The notes under the pieces are model-generated. The model did no database searches. It saw nothing but the letters and a program-made list of their open reading frames with translations, and was not told where the DNA came from. A stretch of DNA of 61,471 bases, filler included. It is 8 parts of 8 records of this genome, joined end to end, with 100 filler letters (N's around TTAATTAATTAA, not from the genome) between each part and the next. Parts side by side here need not be neighbours in the genome. Positions count along the whole stretch, not along the records: positions 22,650 to 36,325 come from SRR15195285_826; positions 36,426 to 41,667 come from SRR15195285_830; positions 41,768 to 49,976 come from SRR15195285_831; 5 more parts are not named here. The stretch is one strand, 5' to 3'. Made by a program: the position numbers and the translations under genes. Below, piece by piece: positions 28,701-42,462 of the stretch (its first letter is position 1; the number at the start of each line of letters is the position of its first letter).

Positions 28701-31700
28701 TCCTCCTGCCTCGTCGCAACCCCGTCATGCTTGTAGGAGAGGCAGGCACAGGTAAAACACAGCAGCTTACCGGGAAGCTCCGACAGATGCAAGACGAATC
28801 GGATGGAGATTACGTGTTCACCACGATCTGCTTCAATTACTACTCTGATTCCGGTGCGTTGCAGACGATCCTGGAGGGTGCGCTGGAGAAAAAAGCCGGC
28901 ATTAACTTCGGGCCTAAGGGCAAAGCAAAGTTGATTTATTTCGTGGATGATCTCAACATGCCCCAGCTTGATGCTTACATGACGCAGACTTCCATTTCGT
29001 TGATGCGGACACACTTCGACTATCAACACTGGTACGACCGCTCTAAGTTTACGCTCAAGAATATTCACAATTGCCAATGGGTGTCCGCAATGAATCCTAC
29101 TGCCGGAAGCTCCACCGTCAACCCGCGCCTGCAGCGCTGGTACATGATCTTTGCTGTCGAGCTACCAGGTGCAGAATGCCTGTACGCGATCTACAACACC
29201 TTCTTGGACGGCCACCTGAAAATATTCCCCGAGGAGCTACAGAAGCTGAGTTCTACCGTGATTCGTGCCGCGCTCGCGATCCAGACCCAGGTAGCGCAGA
29301 CTTTCCGGAAGACCGCGGTGAATTTCCACTACGAGTTCAATATTCGGCACTTAACGCGAGTATTTACTGGCCTGCTCAGCTCTCGCCCCGAACAGTTCAA
29401 AGATCCGGACAAGTTCGTCCGCATGTGGATGCACGAGTCCGAGCGTGTGTATGGCGACATTCTGGTCTCATATGAGCACCTTGCGATGTATCAGAAGTTA
29501 GCGCAGGGAGTTGCTAAGAAGCTTTTCCCGTCCGTCAGCGTCGATCGGTTCTACGCCAAAGAAAACCCCGAGCCGTTGATTTACTGCCACTTTGCAGAGG
29601 GTGACCTGACAGACAAGCTGTACGACGAGATCACGTCGTTCGAGACTTTGGGCAACATTTTGAACAACGCACTGAAAGAGTACAACGAAATTAACGCTGT
29701 GATGGACCTTGTTCTTTTCATCGACGCCATGAAGCACATCTGCCGTGTCACTCGCGTTATCAATAATTCAGGTGGTCACGCTCTGCTGGTTGGCGTTGGC
29801 GGGATGGGCAAACAGTCGCTCTCACGCCTTAGCTCATTTGTCTGTGGCTACACCACTGTGCAGATACAGATTAGCCAAGCGTACACCATCAACTCCTCAC
29901 CCGGCCTGAAGGAAGATATCCGCACCATGTACACAAAAGCTGGCTTGAAAGACGAAGGAATCTGTTTCTTGTTCACCGACGCGCAGATCGCCGACGAGAA
30001 ATTCTTGGTGTACCTGAACGACTTGCTCTCAAGCGGCGATATTCCTGGGTTGTTTCTTGCCGACGAGAGAGAGAACGTCATCAACAGCGTCAGATCACGT
30101 GTCAAGGCAGCTGGTATTCCGGAAACACCAGACAACTGCTGGCGTTTCTTCATCCAAACTGTTCAGCAAAATTTGCACATGTGCCTGTGCTTCAGTCCTG
30201 TTGGCGAGGATATGTCGCGACGTGCACGCCGATTCCCGGCCCTCATCAACTGCACATCCATCGATTGGTTCCAAGACTGGCCCCAGAGTGCACTACTCTC
30301 GGTAACACAGAAGTTCCTGAGCAACATTGAGGGCGGTCTTGGCGACGAGGACGTCACCGAGAGCGTCATTAAGTTCATGCCGTGGTCGTTCAACCTAGTC
30401 AACCGAGTGGCCAAAGACTTCAAAGCCGGAGAGAAGAGGGAGGTCTACACGACACCAAAGTCGTTCCTTGAGCTGCTCAGTTTCTACACGACCATGCTAT
30501 TGACTAAGCGCCACGAGACTAACGCAGCCATTGAGCGTCTTGACACTGGGTTGACCAAACTGCTCGAGACCTCTGCTGCTGTGGGCGTGATGGAGGAGGA
30601 ACTCAAGGTCAAGAGTGTTGAGGTAGCTGAGAAGAAAGAGAAAGCCGAGGAAATCGCTGAGGTTGTCGGCAAAGAGAAGGCTATTGTGGACGCACAAGCC
30701 GCGGCCGCGGCCGTCGAGGGAGAGAAATGCGACGTGATTGCTTCAGAAGCTGCCGCAATTCAAGCTTCAGCAGAGAAAGATTTGGAGAAGGCTGAGCCAG
30801 CTGTGCGGGAAGCTGAGGCCGCACTAGACACACTGGACAAGAAGGAGCTGGGTGAGTGCAAGGGCATGGCCAAGCCGCCTGGCGGGGTGGACGACGTTTT
30901 TTCAAGCATCTTGGTGCTGCTCGCGAATGCCGGAGGCGCAAATGACATTGCAACAACCAAGAAAGGCATGCCAAAGGACTTGTCATGGAAGGCCGCGCAG
31001 CTGCTGATGAAAGATGTGGTTGGTTTCATCGCTCGTCTGAAGGGTGTCAAGGGCCTGATCGACACAGACCAGGTGCCAAAGGTAAACTTCGAGCACATAC
31101 GCAGCTACTTGGCAATGGAGCACTTTACTGTTGACATTATCAAGAAGAAGTCGAACGCTGCAGCAGGCTGCTGTGCGTTTGTCATTGCCATCGTGACCTA
31201 CTATGACATTGTCGTCACAGTTGAGCCCAAACGGCAGGCGTTGCGCGAAGCCACGGACAAGCTGAATAAGGCACAGTCTGAGCTCGAGGTCATCAACGCA
31301 GAAGTTGCTGATCTTCAGGCGAAACTTAAGGTTCTTGTCGACCAGTTTGACGAGGCCGATGCTACGAAGACCGCGGCGATTGCAGAGTCCGATGCTTGCG
31401 AGAAGAAGCTTAACCTTGCTCAGCGTCTTGTTGCTGCGCTCGCGAGCGAGAAAGTCAGGTGGGGGGTGGGAATAGAGGAGCTGAAGGCAAGTTACGATCT
31501 TCTGACGGGCGATTGCCTTCTTGCTGCAGCGTTCGTCTCTTACGTCGGACCGTTTACCAAACCATACCGAGTCAGACTCATCGAAGGTGAGATGGCGCCG
31601 TGGATGCAGGCCAACAACATCCCCATGGGCGAGGCAGTTGATCCGCTGAAGGTGATGGTTGATGCATCTGAGGTAGCAGAATGGGCATCTGAGGGTCTCC

Positions 31701-34700
31701 CTAACGATCCGGTCAGTGTGGAGAATGGGACGATCGTTACAAGGTGCACGCGCTACCCTGTCATGATTGACCCGCAGCTGCAAGGTATCGCCTGGATCAA
31801 AGAGCGCGAATCCAAAAAGAACTTGCAGGTGACTCGCTTGACAGCCAAGGACATGATTAACGTCATGGAACGCTCCATCCAGGATGGTCACAGCGTGCTG
31901 ATTGAAAATATGGGCGAGCAAATCGAGCCGGTACTATCCAACGTTGTGGGTCGACGCCTTTTCAAAAAAGGACGCACAATGTACGTGCAGCTTGGCGATA
32001 AGGAAGTGCCTTTCAACAACGACTTCAAGCTCTTCCTTCACACCAAGCTCTCGAACCCGCACTACCCTCCGGAGGTGCAGGCTGAAGCAACGGTGATCAA
32101 CTTCTCCGTGACGGAAAGTGGGTTAGAGGACCAACTGCTCGCGCTCGTGGTGTGCAAGGAGCGGCCTGACCTGGAGCAACAGAAAGCCAAACTGATCTCT
32201 GATCAAAACGGTTTCATGATCAAGATGAAGGAGTTGGAGGACGATTTGTTGCACCGCCTTGCAAACGCCGAAGGAGACATTACAGAAGACGTGGAGCTGA
32301 TCGAGAATCTAGAGGAGTCTAAGCGCATAGCTACAGACATCGCAGAGAAGCAAGTCATTGCCGCTGAGACTGAAGTCACCATCAATGCAGCGCGCGAGAA
32401 CTACCGACCGACAGCTGCGCGTGGTGCCTTGCTCTTCTTTTTGATGGTTAATCTGAACAAGGTACACACCTTCTACCAGTTCTCCCTCAACTCATACGTC
32501 GCTGTGTTCCAGCGGGGTATTGATAACGTTTCCAAGCCTGCGGTGCCCAAAAACCCGTTGTTGCGGATGAAGATGGCGGTCTCTCGTGCCACGAAGAAGT
32601 TTTCATGGTCTGTAGATGTACTCAAGCAGGCGCGTGACGGTGGAGACTTCGGTGGTGGCGGTGTCCCCGTCCCGAAATCCCCTGAGGAGCTCCAAGAACG
32701 GTTGAGCGTGCTAACAGAGAGTGTGCAATTTACAGTGGTGTCCTACATTCGCCGAGGCCTCTTTGTGTGCGATAAAATGACCCTGGCAACGCAGGTGTGT
32801 CTGTGGGTCTTGCGAAAGAACGGCGATCTACCTGCGGATGAAGTAGCCTCTCTCATTTCAGGCAGGCAGGTGGACACTGGTGCTGGGATGTCACAGGTGC
32901 TTGCTGAGTGGCTGCCGGAATCAGCATGGTTCGGCTTGCAAGCCCTGAAAGAGATCCAGGCCTTCGCGAAACTTCCAGATGACATGGACAGCATGCCCGA
33001 GATGTGGAAACGATGGTACGATCTTGAGAAGCCCGAGCTTGTGGACATGCCCAAGGAGTACAAGAACTTCGACGACTGGAAGAAGATTTTAGTGCTACGA
33101 GTAGTGCGCCCCGATCGTGTGACCCCTGCTATGAGTCAGTTCATCAAGGACAGGATGGGAGCAAGGTACATAGACGAGGAAGCATTCAACATGAGAGACT
33201 GTTTCAACGAGTCGAGTCCATCTACGCCGATCTTTTTCGTGCTGTTCCCTGGCGTCGATCCGACCCCAGACGTCGAGAGACTTGGCAACGAGCTCGGTTT
33301 CACCGAGGCCAAGGGCAACTACATTAACATCAGCATGGGTCAGGGTCAGGAGCAGACTGCGGAGCAGAGCTTGGACAATTTTGCCAAGAACGGCGGGTGG
33401 GTGTTCCTGCAAAACGTGCACTTGATGTCATCGTGGCTGCCACAGCTCGAGCGCAAGCTTGAGATTTGCGCCGAAATGGGCCACGACGATTTCCGCTGCT
33501 TCATCTCTGCAGAGCCGCCCATGTTTGCAGGCATGCCAGCGCCGATGGTTAAGACGATACCGGAATCGATTCTGCAGAGCTGCATCAAGGTAGCGAACGA
33601 GGCACCTGTAGATGCCAAGGCAAATCTTCGCATGGCGTACGCGAACTTCAGCGAGGAAAAATGGAGTTCTTGCGGTGCGGACATGAAGAAGGTCAACGAC
33701 TGCAAGAACTGCCTCTTCTCGCTCTGTGTTTTCCACACAATGCTGCTTGGACGCAAGAAGTTCGGATTCGTTGGATGGAGTCGCGTTTACCCATTCAATA
33801 CAGGTGACCTCACTATATCGTCAGATGTCATGGTGTCCTATATTCGCGACAACCCCGAGACCCCATATGCTGACCTACGCTACATATTCGGCGAGATTAT
33901 GTACGGCGGTCACATCACCGACCCGTGGGATCGTCGTGTAGACAACAACTACCTCACCGTCCTGATCGGCGAGCACACGCAAGAGGGCTTCGAATGCATG
34001 CCTGGGTTCCCGCTGCCGAACCCGGCTGAGACAAACTACGACGGCTACCGCCAGTACATTGAAGAAAAGATGCCGCTCGAGGACCCGACGATGTACGGGC
34101 TGCACGCGAACGCTGGCATTGGAAACCTCCTCAACTCTACTTCCGTGCTGTTCAACACCATCATGACGTTGCAGGGTGCAGGCGGCGGAAGTGGCGGCGG
34201 CGTGAAGATGGAGTCGGTCGTAGAGCGCATGGTTGAGGACTACTTAGAACGGCTGCCGGAGAACTTCAACATGTTTGAGATCCGTTCGCGCATTGCTGAG
34301 AAGTCCCCATACGTTCTTGTCGTGCTTCAGGAGATTGAGCGTATGAACGAGCTGCTCTCCGAGATCCGACGCTCGTTGATAGAGCTGCAGCTTGGTCTGC
34401 AAGGTGCTCTGAACATGTCGGCGGACATGGAAACGCTGCAGACCTGTCTTTTCACTACGGCGGTCCCGCCTGGATGGCGAAAGGTCGCGTACGCCTCGCT
34501 GAAGGGCCTGGTTGCCTGGTGGGCGGACATGCAGGAGCGTGTGAATCAGCTGACGGACTGGTCTGATACACTGATTCTGCCGAAATCCGTGTGGATCCCT
34601 GGCCTGTTCAACGCCAACGCTTTCCTCACCGCCATCAACCAGGTGACAGCGAGAAGAGAAGGCCTCCCGCTCGACACCATGGATACCCTTGTGAACGTCA

Positions 34701-35053
34701 CGAGTGTGCTGGAACCGTCAGGCCTAGATGGTGCTGTCGAAGATGGCGCGACCATCCACGGTCTCTACATGGAGGGTGCGCGTTGGAATAGTGAGGAGAA
34801 CGTCATCGCCGAATCTTTCTTGAAGGACTTGCACCCGCAAATGCCGCTGCTCCACGTCTTCTCGAAACAAGCTCCGGCCCTCGAGAATCGATTCTTGCAT
34901 GAAGGCTACTACGAGTGTCCGGTCTTCACTTGTTCGACACGTGGCGCGTCAAACACCAACGCTATCTTCGGTGCGTCGATTATGATGGCGGAGACAGATA
35001 GCAAGGAGCGGTGGATCTCTGCAGCTGTGTGCCTGCTATTCTCTGACGACTAG
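22751..35053 (+). CDS. Axonemal outer-arm dynein heavy chain, alpha-type (kelch propeller + IPT/TIG + filamin-like Ig + motor domain; ODA11/Dyh5-like), 5'-partial; introns 22983-23048 and 23786-23872
   Basis: Kelch repeats (PAPRANHTAT...LYIIGG, PEPRANH), IPT (GPVDGGTELIITGMGF) and filamin-like (DNDDGTYLVTF...NGSPF) domains. P-loops GPAGTGKT, GPAGCGKS, GEAGTGKT, GVGGMGKQS. Other motifs are WGCFDEFNR, HYDWGLR, DGDLDANWIESMNSVMDDN, the stalk coiled coil and the C-terminal GLYMEGARW...YECPVF. Confidence 0.96.
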
Positions 35054-35257
35054 AGTGCCACCTACCTGTCCTAGTGATAGCTTGAAATGCGAAATGATAC
35101 GTATTCTAGCTGTGCCTTCTTGCTGATTGCTCGCGCACCGTAGATTACACTGTATTGCGGGAGTTAGTGTAGCCAAGGCACTTTTGTCATTCATGGTTGA
35201 AGTGCACGCACAAACGAGCAGCAAGGCATGATTGTGCTGCGTTAAGCGTGGGTGCTG

Positions 35258-36187
35258 CTAGCGTGCCCATCCGTCACGACCTTCGTCTCCCACTACAATC
35301 TGAGCAGCGGGCGGAGGCTCACAGTTGGGATAGAAGGCTTCACAGTTGGCGCAATCTGATGGACGCAAGTGCTGCGAAGCTTCGTACAGCGAGGCGCAAT
35401 ACCATTGTGCCGCGAGCATGTTCCAATAGACTGGGGGATTCCCACAGATTGACCGGCTCCACTCTATAGATTTGGTGAAGTTCCACCCGAGGTAGGTCAT
35501 AGTATACGCCGCGATGAATTCGCCGGTGCGATCGCAGCCCGCGGCGCAGTGAGCATAGAGCACCAGTGGTCTCCCCTTGGCCGCTGGAGGCGGCGGATTC
35601 TGCAGAAACTCTCGCACTGCCAGAACCCGGCTAGACAGGTAGTCCGATGGCATGCCCACCTGCCCACCGGCGCGTGCTTGCATTGGCGTGCTGCTGTTTC
35701 CATCCGCCCACACCCCGTAAGCAGGTTGTGCAGCCAGGCGCGCGACATCGGCCGCGGTCATGTCACGCAGCTGCACCGCGCAGTGTGGCGAGTCGCCATC
35801 GATAGGCACACCAGCCACATAGCAGCCTACAGCAACCTGTGGCTTTTTAAGTCCACCCAGCGGCCACCACACAAAGTCGCCGAGGTCGGGGTTGTCAGCC
35901 AAAAAAGGCATCACTGACTCCCAGCCTTCGTACTCGAGCGACAAATCACGGAGAAAGAACTCCGATGGGAAGCTCAGATTCACCTTGGCAGCCTCTGAGG
36001 TGAAGGCTCTGGCGAGGTGCTGCATGGCGATGGGGCTACCTTTGCCACTGGTCGGATCGCCGCCACGAAACAGCCAGTGGCCGGTGTTGTTGTCATAATC
36101 GACCAGCCGAATCTTGCTCGTGTCGATTGCGCCCGTCCCCGTGGTCGCCACCTGGAGCCATAAAAACACGGCGACGCGACGTAACAT
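35258..36187 (-). CDS. Secreted protein-tyrosine/dual-specificity phosphatase-like protein (CX5R)
   Basis: The ATG at 36187 begins the signal-peptide-like MLRRVAVFLWLQVATTGTGA. The protein has WLFRGGDP and the catalytic loop LYAHCAAGCDRTGE. Confidence 0.8.
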   Translation of the reverse strand: MLRRVAVFLWLQVATTGTGAIDTSKIRLVDYDNNTGHWLFRGGDPTSGKGSPIAMQHLARAFTSEAAKVNLSFPSEFFLRDLSLEYEGWESVMPFLADNPDLGDFVWWPLGGLKKPQVAVGCYVAGVPIDGDSPHCAVQLRDMTAADVARLAAQPAYGVWADGNSSTPMQARAGGQVGMPSDYLSSRVLAVREFLQNPPPPAAKGRPLVLYAHCAAGCDRTGEFIAAYTMTYLGWNFTKSIEWSRSICGNPPVYWNMLAAQWYCASLYEASQHLRPSDCANCEAFYPNCEPPPAAQIVVGDEGRDGWAR

Positions 36188-36325
36188 CCGTCGCGCGCTG
36201 CGTGCGTTCCGTCCCCGCGCGGCCCACGCGCGCGGGGCCTGCGTAGCGCTGCAGCTGCCGCCGGTTGGAGTGGAAGGCTTGGCGTGCAACCTTCTCACAC
36301 CACTGTCAAAGCACCGATTAGAGCG

Positions 36326-36425
36326 NNNNNNNNNNNNNNNNNNNNNNNNNNNNNNNNNNNNNNNNNNNNTTAATTAATTAANNNNNNNNNNNNNNNNNNN
36401 NNNNNNNNNNNNNNNNNNNNNNNNN
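36326..36425. other. Artificial contig spacer
   Basis: N44-TTAATTAATTAA-N44. Confidence 0.98.
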
Positions 36426-37029
36426 AATGTGATTCCTGGGTCGGCGAACATGCATGCAGCACCAAAATGTGTTGGCCAACACACAGACAGAGACACAGGT
36501 ACGGAATTCCAGTGTACACAGTACCGATACTACTGGTACAGTAGCTATAGATCTATTCGAATACCTAGGTAGTACAGAATGCACACAATGCTGGATCATG
36601 ATTTCCCGACTTGGTCCAACCTCACAAATGCCTGCCACCGATTCCAGCATTCGAAGCATGAGTCTGACCGGGAATGAATCTGACTGGAATCGTACATTTT
36701 TCCAAACTCGATCCTCCTCCCCCCATACAGCTGTACATATATTAAATAGTACATGCTTGCAGATACCAGTCGAACTGGTCCCAGTAAATAAAGACACACT
36801 GACAAACTTATGCATAAACGAGGCTACGGCAGGTCGAGGGTTTCCGGCGGCATTGTTCCCGTGGTGGGTACCCCAAAACAGCGGACGGTGAATCAATCAA
36901 CTGCAGCAGCTCAGTGCGACACTATATTTGACCGTACGGAGCAAACTCGTTACAACTCGCTCGCTATTGCTTCGCCCACTCACTCCTCAGACTTGGCCAC
37001 TCTAGCAAGTTGGACGCAACTACGCCTGC

Positions 37030-40000
37030 TTATGATGCGCTCGGCTTGATTACGAGCATCGCCCCACCGTTCGTGGATCCAGCGATAGACAAAACGGGCA
37101 CTGATGAGCCATGGTTGACGGCGGCCTGTACGCCTTCGACTGCTGGCTGCGTGACCTCAACTTTGGTTGCGTCTAGCCCGAGCTGCGTCCAGTCAATACC
37201 AAGCGTGACATTCGCACTGCCTCCACACCATGACGCTACCACAATCACAGCTTGTTTCTGAAAAGTGACGTATGTGGTGGCTTTGATGTCGGAGATGCTG
37301 CAAACCTTGGACGGAATGTTGGCATCACCCTTGAAGTAGCCTGTGTAATCAGCGTTGTGCGCTACTCCATCTTTGTTGTTCCTTTGCATGCAGCCATCGG
37401 CAGGCTTGGTGGGGTCATTTGATGTTTTCCAATCAAAACCGAAGCAGTCGTCACCCAAGGCACAGCAGTCCACCTTGGCTTGCGCGACAGTCAGGGAGGG
37501 GAACTTCTTGTTGCTACCGGGGGGTCCGCAGTCACCTCCGAAGCCGTAGACTCCGCTGGGCCCGCCCGCAGATCCGACATAGCTGCCCTTGCGTGACGTG
37601 TAGCCGTCCACACAGCTAATGTTCTTGTGGTGTGGCGACGGCGACGGCGGTGGAAGAGACAAACTGACTGGTGAGTCGTCCTCCCACCAGCCGATCATCT
37701 CGGAGTCTTCAATTTTAATCGCATCCCAGAATTTCCAGATCGGCTGCGCAGATCCCGAGTTTCGTTCATAGTTGCCGAACAGCATGCCCTTGATTGCATC
37801 AGGTCCACCAAGGCGATCGCACGGGATGCCATGTATAAAGCCAGAAACATCGGTCAGCCAGTACGCTGAATCGCCGGCCCAGTTGAAGCCTTCTCCATTC
37901 CACGCTGAGTCTGCATACGGGAAGTGCGAAAGGTAGGTGACTGCAGAAGGCGAGTCTGGGCCAATGTTCCCTGTGTGGATATCGATGAGTGGTGCAAACT
38001 TCTTTCCCTCCGAAGCGCGATCCAGCACCTTGCGCACGCGACGCATGCCGCGGCGGTCGAAGTTGATTCCGTCATAGTAAATCCCGTCCATGTGTGGCGC
38101 TTGATTGACCGACCAAAAGGCGCCTTCCAAGTAGTAGTTGAACCACCTCGATGTGCCATGGTCGCAGACGGACGCATCAGTCTCGCCATTGGCAAGTCCC
38201 TGCTGCCAGCACGAGACGTAGTCGTCGATCAGATGCTCGTGCAGATAGGCACCACCACCATGCGCATTCCAGGCGTGGTTAAAGCCAGCTTGAGGGATCG
38301 TGTATGGATCGCCCGATGTCAACACCTGCGCAGGACGGTCGCGGTGACTTCGACAGGAAATTGGCATGCGAGAGTCCCACTCCTCTAGTGTTGGTCGCAC
38401 CTCTCCCTGGAGCGCCTTTAGTGCATACAGCTCCACTACGTGGTTGGTCAGCTCTCGGATCGTGTAACTGTGACGTGCACTCAAGCTGTTAGTGAACACA
38501 AGAGCTATGTTGCCCCTTACACCAGGTGCTTCCGCAGTGATGCTTACTAAAACTTGACCTGGATGTTGAGAGCGTGCGCCTGTTTGGTGTAATCCTCCAT
38601 GAAGTTGACGACGTCCGGCACGAAGGGCCAATTGATGTAAGGGTTTACCTAACAATCATACGTCGCAGAACTATATCAACTACAAGAAGATGGCTTGTGA
38701 AAGAGATCGATTGCCAAGCTTATGAATGCGTCGATGGTATGGTCGAGTATACCATGCTCGGGGTACCGTCCGTGGCATTGTGGATTCCACCGATTCCTTG
38801 GTGAAGAGTCGCCACAGTTACACCCATTTCTGAGACTGCTTCCGGCGTCGTGTAATCCACGCCGCCGTAACCTATGCAGCCATTTTCTGATAGGTTAGCG
38901 CCCATTTCGCTGAGCGAGCTCCACTCGGGCGGTTTAGTGGCATGCAACCTACCGATCTGAAGGTAGCGGGACTTCCAGTGGTGACGGAGGTCCAGAGGCT
39001 TCGATGGTGTGAACGCCATATCAAAGAGGAACTGCACAGGCGCATCCCGTGCTCGGAGTGTGCGCGCGCCCGAGCTCATCTGGACAGTAGAATCATTCAC
39101 AGTTGCACCTGTTTGTGTGGTGTTGGTGTCGGGCGTGGCTGCTGCCCCTCCCCAGCTGTCGGGGATGAACGGAAGCTGCACACCGCATCGTCGTTAATTT
39201 GCAGGACGAACAGATAAGCACTGACAAGCTCTACGGTAGGCAATCGAGCGCTGGCGCACCACGGGGTAGTCCTTTGAGTAATTGGGATTTTCCCAGTCCG
39301 GGCCATCGCCACGGGGGTACACAAAAACACCAGCCTCCACCCGTCCCATCCAAAATCGGTTGTTTCCCTGCCCCTTGTTCCACTTCCAAACCAGGTCCGA
39401 CATGTATTGGCCGTCAACTCCAAAACCACACATCATCTTCGCAGTTTGATTCGTCGCCTGCACGCGGAGTACGATGTCCGACACTTCGACGTCGGCCGCG
39501 GTGGCACGAACAGACACCGAGAACTCCAAGTACGAATCAAAGTCCATTGCGCCAGAAACATTCAGCGCGAGGCCTCCACCCTCTGACTCAGACTGCCACG
39601 TGACTGTCGAGGATGTGTGTGTGAGGATATGAGCTGGTTTCGTTACTGACATCTGTACTGGCTTGCCGCCGACAAGGCACTCAAATGCTACAGGTTCCGC
39701 AAGGACTTCGTAGCCAACGGATGTGTTCTTGCCCTGTCGAAACTTGCGAGCGCTGACAAGCGACTGTGACGGAAGGCCGTTGAGTCCAATATGTGTCAAT
39801 TTGTTGACGACACCGATTGATAAACCAGTACTGGCGCTCGTAGCTGTGAGGTTGGTAAATGGGCGAGTCACTTCGTCGTCCACACCGATCGTCGAGTCAA
39901 GCCACCGCAGCCGGCGCATCGAGTACACATCCTCATCGCCGTGAAGAGGCAGCGGCTTTCCATCACTTGGGACCTTGATCGTCAGTGTCACATGCAGAGT

Positions 40001-41482
40001 CTTTGTGTGTGATGCCCCTGCTTCCGAGGTTGCCGACAGGGTGATTGTGCCCTTGAACGTGCCAGCGGAGGAGATGTCACTCGGCAGGTCGATCCCAAAC
40101 CACAGCGCACCAATCTGGCCAGCACCTACTGAGTAGTCCTTGGTGAACGGTAGGCCATGCTGATCCTTGCCTCCCAGATTAAAGCAGGTCATTGCCGACG
40201 TCGGAATGGCATAGGCACGGCTGCTGGCGTCAGCAGCACCGCCAGCCAAGGCGGAAAAACTCGCACTAATGTTGCGAAGCGCGGGCCCGTTCGCAAACAC
40301 GCCTGCTTGAAAAGTAAAGTATTCTCCAACCATGGCAGTAGCACTAAGTTCTAGCACTTCGCCACCCGGATTGCGCGCCCAATGTGCTGGGACACGGTCC
40401 AGCATCCGGATTGCGTTTTCTCGTGGCTCCATGTAGACAGCCATGCCCTTAGGTACGGTTGCGAGCTCTGACGGGAGTGCAACGAGTTCCTAGTGCATAC
40501 AATTGCAATTGCATCGCCACGTGACAAGAGTAGCAGAGTGAGCCAGGAATACTGCACACCAGCCAAGCAAACATCAAGCCCGCGGGAGTGCCTAACTTAG
40601 CAGCGATATCACAACGCACCATTATCGTGAAGCCGTGAAACGGTTCACCAGTTGGGGTGTGATCGTGCTCGCCGTAAGAATTCGGGCGGTTTTCATAGCT
40701 TACGGCAACAGCTGCCGCAGAAGTGTCGACCGACGCGCAGGCATCCGCTGCTGGAAGCTGCGCTTGAGAGGAGTCGACCGTTCTGTCCAAGACACACTTT
40801 CGCCCGTGCGTTGGATCGGTGCAGTTGAACCAAGTAAAGACCACGCCAGCGCCACCTCCAGTCTGCACGTGCGGCAGGTAGTACACGAAGTAGTCACCTG
40901 GTCCAGCATGAGCGAACTTGACCACGCCGCACTCGCTCTGCAGAGCCGACACCGAGCTTTGCATCTGTGCTCCTGTGGCATTAGTCACCACAACTGCCTT
41001 GATCTCTGGACTATGGTCGCGCCGGCGCCTGGCAGGTGAAGCATCAGAAGCTTAGGGCAAGCAGCGGCATTGCATGTGACAACACAGGACGCCACTAGCA
41101 CCAGCGCTTACCAAAAGATTTGTGCGGTGACCGTGCTGTTGGCCTGCGCTGCCAGCTTGGCCGACACGCGCAGCCGCACGCGCACATCACCAAGCAGGAG
41201 ACCCTGCTTGGACTTCGGTGCTGGTGGCTGCAGCCGGCGCCGACCAGAGCCCGCCTCGCCCTCGAACTTGAGCCCGGGGTTGGGTCCAACAGGGAACGGC
41301 AGTTTGGGGTTGGGCAACGCCCATGGCGCAGCGTTGCTCGCCGCAGGTGTGATGGGCAGGAGTGGGAACGGCGCTGCGGTCGTCGACACTCCCACGGCTT
41401 CATCACCCGCGCTGGCCTGCGATGCATCGCTGAGTCCGCAGCGCTGCAGGGCCAAGAGCAGCCATGGTGCACGAATATACAT
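37030..41482 (-). CDS. DUF6067 / GH123-like glycoside hydrolase domain protein with at least 7 introns; start codon uncertain
   Basis: GT-AG introns at 41111-41029, 40619-40490, 39259-39176, 38952-38872, 38752-38649, 38547-38468 and 38400-38326 join five ORFs into one frame. Motifs IFWRRRD, RLRWLDSTIGVDD, NPYINWPF, KFYYTIREL, YLHEHL, SRWFNYYLEG, DGIYYDGINFDRRGMRRVRKVL, LIDIH. The family name is from recall, not a search. Confidence 0.75.
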
Positions 41483-41667
41483 ATATGCAGTGATCGGCAG
41501 CTAGGTGCGTGGTGCTGCCACGGGTCGGCGAGAGTAGCCGCCAGGCGTCGCAAGCGCGACAGACGCCGGCGCTCCGTCCGTCCGCACACGCACTACGCAG
41601 CAGCAACACCAGCTAGCATACTAGTACTGTACCGGTAGCGCTGCTATGGTACACGCAGCCCTGTTTA

Positions 41668-41767
41668 NNNNNNNNNNNNNNNNNNNNNNNNNNNNNNNNN
41701 NNNNNNNNNNNTTAATTAATTAANNNNNNNNNNNNNNNNNNNNNNNNNNNNNNNNNNNNNNNNNNNN
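41668..41767. other. Artificial contig spacer
   Basis: N44-TTAATTAATTAA-N44. Confidence 0.98.
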
Positions 41768-42462
41768 CACACTGCCATTGGCACCGATCATATATGGTAG
41801 GAAGTTCCTATTCGAATATGTTTCTATTCATCGTACGGCGGATCCACAGCTTAAGCTGTACATTCGTTCATGGGACACAGTCGCGCGGATGGGGGGAATT
41901 GCGGCGCGCGAGGCGCATTAAACCAGAGCCTCGCCACCCTAGATTTTCCTAGTAGCACGATCCGGATACCTCTAGCTAGATCGAGGATCCTAGTCCACGA
42001 AATGTAGTGAACAGTACATGAAATTAGCATTGTTGTGCGAAATGATGCAACCGATCACGCGTGCGTCATCTCTCAACTGACGACTCTACTGACCACCAGT
42101 AGAAAAGACCCCTCTGGATCCCGCGTACCCTGACCGCTCGCGCACGATCGAAAACAACCCGAATCTTCCGTCCCAACCCTGGGAGCCAAAGCTCGGGCTC
42201 GAGGGGTTCCGCGTTGCGATTGGTCGAATTGGTGATTGTCAGTGAGATCTCAGTACCGAGCACCGTACTCAACACTCGTACGATACCGACCGTACCGTGG
42301 CAAATTCCGCACTACAATCTCACATTATCTACATACAAAAACAGAAGTTTACAATGAATAGTATACGAGATTGTAACAGCCGACCCGGTACGGTACGCAG
42401 AAGGACGAGGAGGCCCTGCCCGGGGTTGGCTTGGGGGAGGGGGAGGAGGAGGAGGAGGAGGG

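Noticed and set aside
36426-36900. ORFs 36454..36891 and 36378..36896, and a possible transposon end
   Set aside because: There are no recognisable motifs and only short, weak repeats. I could not define TIRs, TSDs or a transposase.
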